IMG/VR virus record: IMGVR_UViG_3300050509_000438 | Coordinates: 1 to 64,000 of that record | Origin: a virus | Strand: one strand, 5' to 3' | Length of the DNA: 64,000 nucleotides | Shown: one piece after another, positions 29,983 through 37,699 of the stretch | Layout: each line of letters starts with the position of its first letter | Position numbering within the stretch: the stretch's first letter is position 1 | Notes under the pieces: generated by a model | Databases searched by the model: none | Told to the model about the DNA's origin: nothing | The model's input: only the letters and a program-made list of their open reading frames with translations | Translations under genes and position numbers: made by a program

Positions 29983-32138
29983 AAGGCCCTCCCTTCATTA
30001 TCTGTTAGCGGTAGCATTTGGGCAATATCCATAAATACTTTCGGTTTTACTTTCGGCTGAATTTTTGTTGCGAGTTCAGCAAATCCACAAGCAACCGCAA
30101 AATCAAATTCAGTTGTTCGTCTTGGATTAAAAAGCAAAAGATCTTCTATAAGATCTACAAAAGGAATTGTGTGGCCAAAATATTCTACATATGTCGCGAG
30201 CAGCGACGTATAATCCTGAATGATGGTTTGACTAGCCGGTGTACCCTCCGTTGACAAGCGCGTCTTGTTCTTCAACCATTCCGGTTCATACTTGTTCAAA
30301 ATGAACTGCCCGCATCCATGATCATTGAAATAGTTGATCACCGAATATTTCTGACTCTCCACATGTACCGACACTCCGAAGAACCAGCAGATCATGAGCA
30401 CGCGCTCGAATAGCACGTTGGGATCGTTCGGGCGCGAATCCATCATGCCGAAGTACCGATTGGTCTTATACTGATACTTCTGCTCAGCACGCTCTTTCAG
30501 TATCTCAAGACTTAGTGACCCATCGATTGCCGGATCATACTTAGTCTTCAGCAGCATCACAGGCTTGGAACGACGCGCGCTTAAGAACTCATCCTCACCA
30601 ATGCCTTGCTTGGATTCGATGATAATCCCGTGCTCGATGGGGTCAAGACCGGCGGCGAACCTGGCATCATTGCGCGGGACGTATTGATACTCTCCACCGA
30701 TCAGTTTCTTGTCTACAAGATTGCATTCTTTCTCAACATCCAGTGGTAACCATGACGCCTTAAACCATCCGGAGGTTGGGTTGTGCCTGTAGCGTATTTT
30801 GCTGAACCTGACGTTGTTCTCCCAGTATAGATCGAACCGATTGTACATAGGAGTCGTCTGCATGTCGATCTCTGACTTACGATCCTGAAGTATGGTGGCA
30901 TTGAACTCACAACGGTCTGCGCTGACATAGAATATCTCCTTGACGGTGAGTGGATACTTACGGATGATGTCTGCGTGGTCGCTCGGATTGTTCTTGACTG
31001 ACTCTCGTTCAGCCAGGATCCATTCCTTCGCTTCCTTGCGCATCGGGAATCCCCACTCGTCGAAGTAACCCTCAAGCGCACAGTCCCCTGGAAGATAGGC
31101 GAAGTACAGACCTGAGATGGTTTGGCCAATTGGTGTACGCACATCATAATCGCTTTCCATTGCGAGCTTCTGGTATGCCTTACCACCACGCGCCGCGACA
31201 TCCAAAAACTCGACCGTCGTTGCCCCGAAATGCTTGCCTCGTATGAATTTACCTCGTTTGAGACATGGCTTTATGAATGACCATCGCTTCGATACATTAC
31301 CGCCGAGAAACTTACCAAGTTCTTCGCCAACATAGCTGTGCAGCACAGCCTGATCGTATGCAGCTTCTTTCGAGATGCGGTAGTCCATGAATGACTCCAG
31401 GGTATCTGGCTGATCATGGATGTTAAATCGCTTGCCGCGCCGCGGAGATATTTCAAATCGGATTCCTTCGGATTGCTTGTCGGTGACGTCGTAAGTTGGC
31501 TTGAAATAAAATGGAATTTTGTAAAAAGGTTTTAATACGTGGGTGTCGTAGAACGCATAAACTTTATCATCGTTCTCGCCCTGCATGCCGCTGTAGTGCT
31601 TGCGTGCTCGAATGGTCCTGAACACGATCCACGCGCCCATTAGTGCCGACTTGCCGTAACGTCGAATAGTATTGAGTAGACCACCAAAAGAGTTCGGATC
31701 CTCTTCCCAGAACTGTACCCAGTACGTTATCTCAATATCTGGTATGCGGAAGTCTGGATACCCGAAGTATGTCTCCCATGCTGTCAGGTAGAACCAGTAG
31801 AACCTTGTAAGGAACGTCTTCTTGCCTTTATTCCAAATCCATACCCCATCCGTTGTGCGCTTCCACTCGCGATCTTCCCATTCGGCAAGGTCAGCCTCGA
31901 ACGGACTTTTGAAGTTTGGATCATATTGCTTGCTATCGGGATCTGACTTTACGATCCATTCCTTTGCTGCCTTCTGAAGATATTCAGGCATGACAGGCCG
32001 TACGAACTTGTTTTCTTCTTTGAAGAGGACATCTTCATCAGCAGGTTCTGGTGGCAGGTAGACTTCTTTGATGCCTTCACCGCTGAGTCCGGTGATAAGG
32101 AACTGGAACTTGTAGGGGTTCGAGGTTGGTTGATACAT
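29976..32138 (-). CDS. terL: Terminase large subunit, 720 aa
   Basis: P-loop-like TIRRYGKSALMG, acidic Walker-B-like YVGEE, and its position next to the portal and HNH genes. Confidence 0.8.
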   Translation of the reverse strand: MYQPTSNPYKFQFLITGLSGEGIKEVYLPPEPADEDVLFKEENKFVRPVMPEYLQKAAKEWIVKSDPDSKQYDPNFKSPFEADLAEWEDREWKRTTDGVWIWNKGKKTFLTRFYWFYLTAWETYFGYPDFRIPDIEITYWVQFWEEDPNSFGGLLNTIRRYGKSALMGAWIVFRTIRARKHYSGMQGENDDKVYAFYDTHVLKPFYKIPFYFKPTYDVTDKQSEGIRFEISPRRGKRFNIHDQPDTLESFMDYRISKEAAYDQAVLHSYVGEELGKFLGGNVSKRWSFIKPCLKRGKFIRGKHFGATTVEFLDVAARGGKAYQKLAMESDYDVRTPIGQTISGLYFAYLPGDCALEGYFDEWGFPMRKEAKEWILAERESVKNNPSDHADIIRKYPLTVKEIFYVSADRCEFNATILQDRKSEIDMQTTPMYNRFDLYWENNVRFSKIRYRHNPTSGWFKASWLPLDVEKECNLVDKKLIGGEYQYVPRNDARFAAGLDPIEHGIIIESKQGIGEDEFLSARRSKPVMLLKTKYDPAIDGSLSLEILKERAEQKYQYKTNRYFGMMDSRPNDPNVLFERVLMICWFFGVSVHVESQKYSVINYFNDHGCGQFILNKYEPEWLKNKTRLSTEGTPASQTIIQDYTSLLATYVEYFGHTIPFVDLIEDLLLFNPRRTTEFDFAVACGFAELATKIQPKVKPKVFMDIAQMLPLTDNEGRALN

Positions 32139-32158
32139 TCAACCTCAAAGGTACGTAA

Positions 32159-32626
32159 TTATTTTTTCACACGCTCTTCGGGTCGCATGATGCGCAGTTG
32201 CTGCTTGGCCATCTCGATCTCGTCCTTGTAATTGTAAATCTTCTCGAAGGTACGGTTGATGCGATCAAGGAGCTCTTCGGACTTAGCTGAGATCGTGTTC
32301 TTCAGATTGATTGCCTTCAGGATGGATTCCTCATCGGCCTTTTCTGTATCGAGAGATTCCATCTTAATATGCTGCATCTCCCAAAAGAGTTGCTGATCAC
32401 TGACCAGCATGACGTATTCATTTGGGTTCTCTGCGGACAGGAAGTCGAAGATCTCTTTGTTGATCTTCTTGTCCTTGAGGTTGACAATATCCTGACTCTT
32501 CTCCCAGTCGAGTCCGGCACGCTTGCAGGCTTCCTTCTTGCGCTCATCCAGGCTGGCGATCTTGTTGAGATCGGAGTCCTTGGAGTAGAGGTGCTGGATG
32601 TATTTAAGGGTTTTGCGGTCGGTCAT
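32159..32626 (-). CDS. Possible small terminase subunit, 155 aa
   Basis: Position only (immediately upstream of TerL, coupled to HNH). Helical K/E-rich protein. Confidence 0.35.
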   Translation of the reverse strand: MTDRKTLKYIQHLYSKDSDLNKIASLDERKKEACKRAGLDWEKSQDIVNLKDKKINKEIFDFLSAENPNEYVMLVSDQQLFWEMQHIKMESLDTEKADEESILKAINLKNTISAKSEELLDRINRTFEKIYNYKDEIEMAKQQLRIMRPEERVKK

Positions 32627-33039
32627 CTTGGAATATTTATTACTTCATCAAGTGCTTGTTGACACCATACTGTTATCTGTTTCCTGTTTGCCCTTCGCCA
32701 TAATATATATTCAATGTACATCATATCTGCCTTCTCCGTATTGCAGGACCGGCATGCAGGCACTATATTTTCCTTCCCTATGCCTCCTTTTGATTTTGGT
32801 ATTTTGTGATCTCGGGTGATGCGGGAAATGGCAACTAATTTTCCACAGTAATGGCATTGTATAAATGCCTTGTCATGGGTTTGGTGAGTCTTGGCTGCAA
32901 GTTCAGGGAGCGATATTATACGCTTTGGTCTATAGTCAATTCTCTTTTCTTCACTAATCCTTTTATCGCGCATGGCCTTCGTCTCTGCATCCAGTGCATC
33001 AAAAAATGCTTGCCTTTTATCGTCGTGCTTTATACACAT
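32623..33039 (-). CDS. HNH endonuclease, 138 aa
   Basis: Motif CHYCGKLV...RDHKIPKSKGG...VPACRSCNTEK. An HNH adjacent to terminase genes is a common arrangement. Confidence 0.85.
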   Translation of the reverse strand: MCIKHDDKRQAFFDALDAETKAMRDKRISEEKRIDYRPKRIISLPELAAKTHQTHDKAFIQCHYCGKLVAISRITRDHKIPKSKGGIGKENIVPACRSCNTEKADMMYIEYILWRRANRKQITVWCQQALDEVINIPR

Positions 33040-33285
33040 TCTGTTTTAACTTAAAAAAAGGGGTTCCCGATTACAGCCAGTACCACACGGGAAGGGCTCA
33101 GATTGTTTTCACGTGGGCTACAAGCGTATTACTACTTGCCCTGCATCGGCCTCTCATCACCCAATGCATCGCTTTACCGAATTTCATTCTGCCGATCTCA
33201 TTTGATCGGTGTCTGTACCAGAATTACAATCATTCTCTCACTGGTTTCCCTGCAATGGACACGCCAATGCACCCCATGCGGCTTC

Positions 33286-34104
33286 TCATCCCGCAATTAC
33301 CTTACAAAGCACATCCTCCTTCAAAACCGCAAAATACTCCACTCCCTCCACCTTCACCGGCCAGTTCGCCCCGTAGTTGTAGATGATCTTGTCGCCTACC
33401 TGCAGGTCGCAGAATGGGCTGAAGTGGCGCATGAACGCCTCGAGCGGCTTGTTCTCCGGCTGGGACTTCTTCACTATCCATTCCTCCTTGGGCCGCATGC
33501 GAATAGAGCCATCCGGGTTGGTCAGCGGCTTGCCGTTCACCACTACCGGCGTGGGGATGCTGATGTCCTCCCATGTCTCCACGTTGGGCTCCACAAGGCA
33601 CCAGTCGCCCTGCATGATGATCTCACCATCACGTACCGAGCAGATGATCTCGTTGCAGCCTGCCTTGTACAGCGTGCGCCCGCGGTGCTTGCCGAGCTCG
33701 TTGTCGGGCTCGGTTACCCACTCTCCGAAGTAAACCTTGTCGCCACGCTGAATGTCACACTTGGCGGCGATGTCCGCGATCGTGATGGTCTTGAAGCCTT
33801 CCCATGTTGAGCAGGAATAGTACTCTGCGCTTCTATTGTACCCGGCACGAATCTTGGCTTCAATATGGTCGCCGCCAACATAGGCGCGCGGCGCCGGCAC
33901 CCCGGGATCCACAAGTTCAAGAACCTGGCGCGTGAAATTGATCGGACAGGTTTCCACGAAGCCGTAGATGCGTTTGCGGGCAAAGCGCTCGATCTCTTCG
34001 TCGTTCTGATGGGCGGTGTTCAGGGTCACAATCCCGCTGTTCGTGGTCTTGGACTCGTACTTTTGGTCTACGGAGACGATGAAAAAGTCGTTAATGATTT
34101 GCAT
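33286..34104 (-). CDS. Tandem GroES-like (Cpn10-fold) protein, 272 aa
   Basis: DFFIVSVDQKYESKTTNSGIVTLNTA and VGDKIIYNYGANWPVKVEGVEYFAVLKEDVLCKV resemble the GroES N- and C-terminal signatures. Codon usage matches the phage. Overlapping plus-strand ORFs are GC-driven shadows. Confidence 0.4.
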   Translation of the reverse strand: MQIINDFFIVSVDQKYESKTTNSGIVTLNTAHQNDEEIERFARKRIYGFVETCPINFTRQVLELVDPGVPAPRAYVGGDHIEAKIRAGYNRSAEYYSCSTWEGFKTITIADIAAKCDIQRGDKVYFGEWVTEPDNELGKHRGRTLYKAGCNEIICSVRDGEIIMQGDWCLVEPNVETWEDISIPTPVVVNGKPLTNPDGSIRMRPKEEWIVKKSQPENKPLEAFMRHFSPFCDLQVGDKIIYNYGANWPVKVEGVEYFAVLKEDVLCKVIAG

Positions 34105-34124
34105 CTTTGTTAAAATTTACAGCT

Positions 34125-34472
34125 ATGGCAATGAAAGTAAGAACCAACATCGATCCCAAGAAGGGTGTACGCAGCGGCTCAAAGTCGGTTATCGTCCGAA
34201 ACAAGAAGGGTGAAACTGAGGCTATCCGTAAGAAAGGCGATGCGTACATCAACGAAGAGACCATGGCTGAGGATCGGCAGATCGCCGCAGGTACTGGCTC
34301 GGGGCAGTTTGCTGGTTCTGGTTCAGCGCCCCGCAGTGGCGGTTCTGCTTCTTCCACACAAGGCGCAGCGCCGGCGGGTGGCACCAAAAAGCAGGTGAAG
34401 GCATCCAAGCTCCGGGTGCGCACCAACTCAGCATCGCCGCAAGCCAAAAGATCTGCGCGTAAATTGTACTGA
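34125..34472 (+). CDS. Highly basic, Gly/Ser/Ala-rich disordered protein (about 115 aa) encoded antisense inside the minus-strand block
   Basis: Codon choice matches confident phage genes (Ile all ATC, Asn all AAC, Lys mostly AAG, purine-rich first positions). The mirror ORF 34091..34480(-) uses TTG/ATA/AAT instead. Confidence 0.55.
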   Translation: MAMKVRTNIDPKKGVRSGSKSVIVRNKKGETEAIRKKGDAYINEETMAEDRQIAAGTGSGQFAGSGSAPRSGGSASSTQGAAPAGGTKKQVKASKLRVRTNSASPQAKRSARKLY

Positions 34473-34476
34473 TGGA

Positions 34477-34881
34477 TCATCGGAAGCTGTAGATCATCAC
34501 CAGCACATATTCTTCGTGTGAAGCCACTGATATTGTGGCTTTTTTTATGTCTTTCTCGCGATAACTGGCTTTTTCATCGGCCATGATTGTAGAGATCAGC
34601 GCTTCGTAGTCGCTGGCCAGATATACATCCGCTCCGGCGTACCAAGAATTATCGGTCTCATTCAGCACTCTATCCAGACCCTGCTCTCCATCACTAATGA
34701 AGGCAGAGAATATTGCGTCGGTGAATACATCGGCTCTCAGGGAAGAGACTATCTCAGGGCCGTGGGAGGCAACGTAGGAACTGACCTCTGGCTTGATGTC
34801 CTGCGAGCTTGCGGCATACGCTGCAAGAATGAAGGTGATCATTGCGATAAGGATGATGGCATCTTTGATCTTGGTGTTCAT
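34477..34881 (-). CDS. Membrane-anchored/secreted protein, 134 aa
   Basis: N-terminal hydrophobic segment AIILIAMITFILAAYAASS. Its own promoter lies 4 nt upstream. Confidence 0.55.
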   Translation of the reverse strand: MNTKIKDAIILIAMITFILAAYAASSQDIKPEVSSYVASHGPEIVSSLRADVFTDAIFSAFISDGEQGLDRVLNETDNSWYAGADVYLASDYEALISTIMADEKASYREKDIKKATISVASHEEYVLVMIYSFR

Positions 34882-34885
34882 GACT

Positions 34886-34916
34886 CAAAGGTGTGAAAAT
34901 ATTTTTACATTGTCAA
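34886..34916 (-). promoter_or_regulatory. Promoter TTGACA-N17-CACCTTTG, 4 nt upstream of the ATG
   Basis: On the minus strand, TTGACA at 34916-34911 and CACCTTTG at 34893-34886. The spacer contains the dyad GTAAAAATATTTTCAC. Confidence 0.55.
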
Positions 34917-34920
34917 TAGC

Positions 34921-34955
34921 GGTAAAAGCAAAAACCCCGGGGATCGGCCGGGGTT
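34921..34955 (-). terminator. Intrinsic terminator (second of a tandem pair)
   Basis: An 8-bp stem AACCCCGG / CCGGGGTT followed on the minus strand by TTTTTGCTTTT. Confidence 0.6.
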
Positions 34956-35000
34956 AATGGAAAAGGAGGCTGAAAAGCTAAGAATGCAGAAGATCAAAGC

Positions 35001-35033
35001 TAAAGAAAAAGCCCCGATCTTGCAACCGGGGCT
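35001..35033 (-). terminator. Intrinsic terminator (first of a tandem pair) after the 218-aa gene
   Basis: Stem AGCCCCG / CGGGGCT followed on the minus strand by TTTTTCTTT. Confidence 0.6.
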
Positions 35034-35075
35034 TCCGCTATGTTTAAATGCCAAAAACCTGGGCGCGAAGGTAGG

Positions 35076-35732
35076 TTATTTTTTTACTATCACAAAAGGA
35101 CAATCATCGGCATTGATCTGAATCTCAAGATGGTTCAGGGCATTGTGGTAATCTGATCCATAGCCGGCCAGCGGAACATCACCCTGATCATTTGTGAGAT
35201 AAACAGAATGGTTGCTGAGTGGTGGTTGATCTGTAATTCCGTGAGCCAATTGCCATCTATCCGATTCTGGATGCGGCTGGGTCGACCTCCGCGATTCATA
35301 CCATTCGCTCCATTCTTTTTCTTGCTGTTCTTGAGCCGAGGCCTCCAGGGGGCAGGCATCAGAAGTACGGTTCCAGAATTCGTGCAGTAAATTAACCTTG
35401 GGTTTTTCATCTTTTTTGATGCCGGCATCAGCAATGAACTTCCTGAACTCTGTGATGAACTTCTCGGCTTCATCACGGATGTAGGCAGTTGTAACACCGA
35501 CCCTCAGGTCATTCATCTGATAATCGCCCTTGTTGATGTGATAATAGAAGATCGCTTTCTCGTAAGCGGAGCTTTCTATTTTGTGGGTCTCGACTACTCG
35601 CCATTCATACTCTCGTTCTCTGGATTCTCCGATAACTGCATACTTGCCATCGAACATTGCTTCCATGCCGTAGGTTACAGCCAAAAACAGATTCAATTGA
35701 ATCTCGTTGTGAGTGATGATTATATTTTTCAT
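35076..35732 (-). CDS. Hypothetical protein, 218 aa
   Basis: ORF with phage-like codon usage, followed by tandem terminators. Confidence 0.5.
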   Translation of the reverse strand: MKNIIITHNEIQLNLFLAVTYGMEAMFDGKYAVIGESREREYEWRVVETHKIESSAYEKAIFYYHINKGDYQMNDLRVGVTTAYIRDEAEKFITEFRKFIADAGIKKDEKPKVNLLHEFWNRTSDACPLEASAQEQQEKEWSEWYESRRSTQPHPESDRWQLAHGITDQPPLSNHSVYLTNDQGDVPLAGYGSDYHNALNHLEIQINADDCPFVIVKK

Positions 35733-35775
35733 GTTATGTGTTGTTGGGTTATCGGCCCTCCCTCCGTTAAATTTT

Positions 35776-36147
35776 CTAACTAAACCACACCAGCGCCATC
35801 GACGCTATCATCAGGAATGCCTTTATCCCCAGCAATAGCATTGGATCTACCTTCTTCTGAAGGTTGTCAAGGAAGTTGTCACCCAGAAAGCTCCAATGAG
35901 CCTGGAGCCCATATTTATTGAAGGTGTAGTTGAAGATCAGGTAATGGAGTGAAGTCATTGTTGCCAGCGTCTTCCACCAGAGAATCTCTGGATAGGTGAA
36001 GGCTCCCCATAACATCACTATTGAACGTAACCATGCGCTCAGGATGTGCTTGTCATTCCGCCCCAGCACTCGCGTACGAAAGATTTCAACCCCGAGCTCG
36101 ATCGCGGGAGGTAGAAGTGCAAGGTAGAGTACGTGGAGTAAGATCAT
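35776..36147 (-). CDS. Membrane protein, about 123 aa (start moved to the internal ATG)
   Basis: ATGA overlap with the upstream stop at 36144-36147. Several hydrophobic helices. Confidence 0.5.
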   Translation of the reverse strand: MILLHVLYLALLPPAIELGVEIFRTRVLGRNDKHILSAWLRSIVMLWGAFTYPEILWWKTLATMTSLHYLIFNYTFNKYGLQAHWSFLGDNFLDNLQKKVDPMLLLGIKAFLMIASMALVWFS

Positions 36148-36332
36148 GGCTTCTTTTTTAGGTTGATGATGATTGCGGTCCCTACTAATATAATGAATCC
36201 CAGCGCCCAAGGCCAGAAGTCATGGAAGAAACCTGGCGGCATGTCATATCCGGCGATCTTGAGAATGCCCCAGATCAGCGGTAATGCCAGCAGGACGATC
36301 ATAGCTGCGATTAATGTGCCTTTTGTGTTCAT
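36144..36332 (-). CDS. Small two-TM membrane protein, 62 aa (holin-like topology)
   Basis: Hydrophobic segments LIAAMIVLLALPLIWGIL and WALGFIILVGTAIII with a basic C-terminus. Confidence 0.5.
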   Translation of the reverse strand: MNTKGTLIAAMIVLLALPLIWGILKIAGYDMPPGFFHDFWPWALGFIILVGTAIIINLKKKP

Positions 36333-36550
36333 ATCAGTTCATTGATTCGTTTGTAACATGTGCTGCGCGATATATTAAGTATTTCAGCAACCTCCTCCCA
36401 TCTCTTTGTTTTAAGCAGTTCGCGTTGCTGCTCTTTTTGCTCTTCTGTGAATACAGGACGTTGTATTATTACCATCCCATTCTTCTTGCGCTGATAGTAT
36501 GTTCGTTTTAATTCTTCGCTGGTCAGCTTGTAGTATTTTTTTCGCCCCAT
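36329..36550 (-). CDS. Small HTH DNA-binding protein, 73 aa
   Basis: C-terminal WEEVAEILNISRSTCYKRINELI helix-turn-helix pattern. Confidence 0.45.
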   Translation of the reverse strand: MGRKKYYKLTSEELKRTYYQRKKNGMVIIQRPVFTEEQKEQQRELLKTKRWEEVAEILNISRSTCYKRINELI

Positions 36551-36993
36551 AGCGCAGAAAATTGAAAATAAAAATCATCCCATGTTTTGATCAGGAAGTA
36601 CTTGCCGCCGGAAGCTTCGATCTCTGCCTGAAACTTCTTCTGATCCTCGCGCTGCCGATCCTTACCAACCTTGACTTCCCAGGAAGTGAACTGCCCCTGA
36701 ATTACCGCGGCGATATCCCCAATCCCCTTACTCTCCTTGCTGCGTGGTATGAAGCGGCCCTTCTTGACCGTAATACGATGGCCTACCACATTATGAACAT
36801 GCTCTGGCTGGATGTACCTGCCTTCACTGGCCTGGCGCCATGCTTTGACTCCGCGGTACTTGAAGAACGCCAGCACGGCCTTGGTGAGATCGTTCGCTGT
36901 CTTGTCGCTGAAGGTCTTCTTGGGGCGACAGTGCTCAGGAATGTTCGCGTATTCCTGTTTGGAAATTATGGTGGCCAGGTCGCGGAGGGTCAT
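36523..36993 (-). CDS. VRR-NUC-type nuclease, about 156 aa (ATG start preferred over the upstream TTG)
   Basis: GIGDIAAVIQGQFTSWEVKVGKDRQREDQKKFQAEIEASGG fits the G.PD...EVK...Q pattern of the VRR-NUC/PD-(D/E)xK family. Confidence 0.5.
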   Translation of the reverse strand: MTLRDLATIISKQEYANIPEHCRPKKTFSDKTANDLTKAVLAFFKYRGVKAWRQASEGRYIQPEHVHNVVGHRITVKKGRFIPRSKESKGIGDIAAVIQGQFTSWEVKVGKDRQREDQKKFQAEIEASGGKYFLIKTWDDFYFQFSALWGEKNTTS

Positions 36994-36995
36994 AA

Positions 36996-37322
36996 TTAGT
37001 TGCCTTCCTTTTGATTTGACTGAACAAGAGTCAAAGTATTTGGATTCCAAAATTGATTTGCAGTATCTGCCAGATACGCCAACTGGTATCCATCTAAGGT
37101 GTCATTGTAGGCTCTCCAGCTTTGCGCGTGGTCATCCATATAAATTCCTCCGATCTCTAAAAGTTCATCGCATTTAATGATGCACTGAATTGCCAGAAGA
37201 GGTTCTTTAAGACGAGCTTCGCCACTCATGTGCCCTTCCTCAACATCCGGATCAGTGATAGTAGCTAATACTTTCTTGTGGGTGATGATTCTGATGTGTA
37301 GTGATACGATTTCTATTTTCAT
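36996..37322 (-). CDS. Hypothetical protein, about 108 aa
   Basis: Internal ATG forms an ATGA overlap with the stop of the phosphatase gene. Confidence 0.45.
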   Translation of the reverse strand: MKIEIVSLHIRIITHKKVLATITDPDVEEGHMSGEARLKEPLLAIQCIIKCDELLEIGGIYMDDHAQSWRAYNDTLDGYQLAYLADTANQFWNPNTLTLVQSNQKEGN

Positions 37323-37699
37323 AAATAAGAATTTTCTATAAACCATTCCTCTAATGCCATCCAATCCACATACGGCTTCTTGCCATCTTCCCGGATCAAA
37401 GGTACGCCAGCATTCTTATCGTCGATATTGCAATGACAGTAGACCTTCCGTGATCCTGTTTCATACTCTGGATTGCACATGACATATTTGAACTCTATCG
37501 AATTATTTCGAGCCCACTCCTGTACGTCATCCAGCAAATGACCTGTGCGCATGGTCATCAGGATGAACTCATGACCGGCGTTTCTGAGCTTATGAAGAAC
37601 CTCCACGGCATGCGGTACAGTTGGCCCCACGTAAGGATTCCAGTTCTCTACAAGCGTGCCGTCAAAATCAAGTTCTATGAGTTTACGCGTTGTCACCAC
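37319..37699 (-). CDS. HAD-superfamily phosphatase, GmhB-like, 126 aa
   Basis: DxDxT motif ELDFDGTLV. A Cys/His cluster MCNPEYETGSRKVYCHC resembles the GmhB zinc site (CPH...CxC). Coupled to the heptose kinase gene. Confidence 0.55.
   Translation of the reverse strand: MVTTRKLIELDFDGTLVENWNPYVGPTVPHAVEVLHKLRNAGHEFILMTMRTGHLLDDVQEWARNNSIEFKYVMCNPEYETGSRKVYCHCNIDDKNAGVPLIREDGKKPYVDWMALEEWFIENSYL

Noticed and set aside
33103-33983. Several long plus- and minus-strand ORFs overlapping 33286..34104 (e.g. the 235-aa ORF 33103..33810).
   Set aside because: They arise from GC-rich codon-position bias in the real minus-strand gene. Their products are R/P/A/G-rich nonsense.
34091-34480. Minus-strand 129-aa ORF with operon-like ATGA coupling.
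   Set aside because: Its codon usage (TTG, ATA, AAT) and Cys/Pro-rich product do not match phage genes. The mirror plus-strand frame does match. It is kept as a caveat in the findings.
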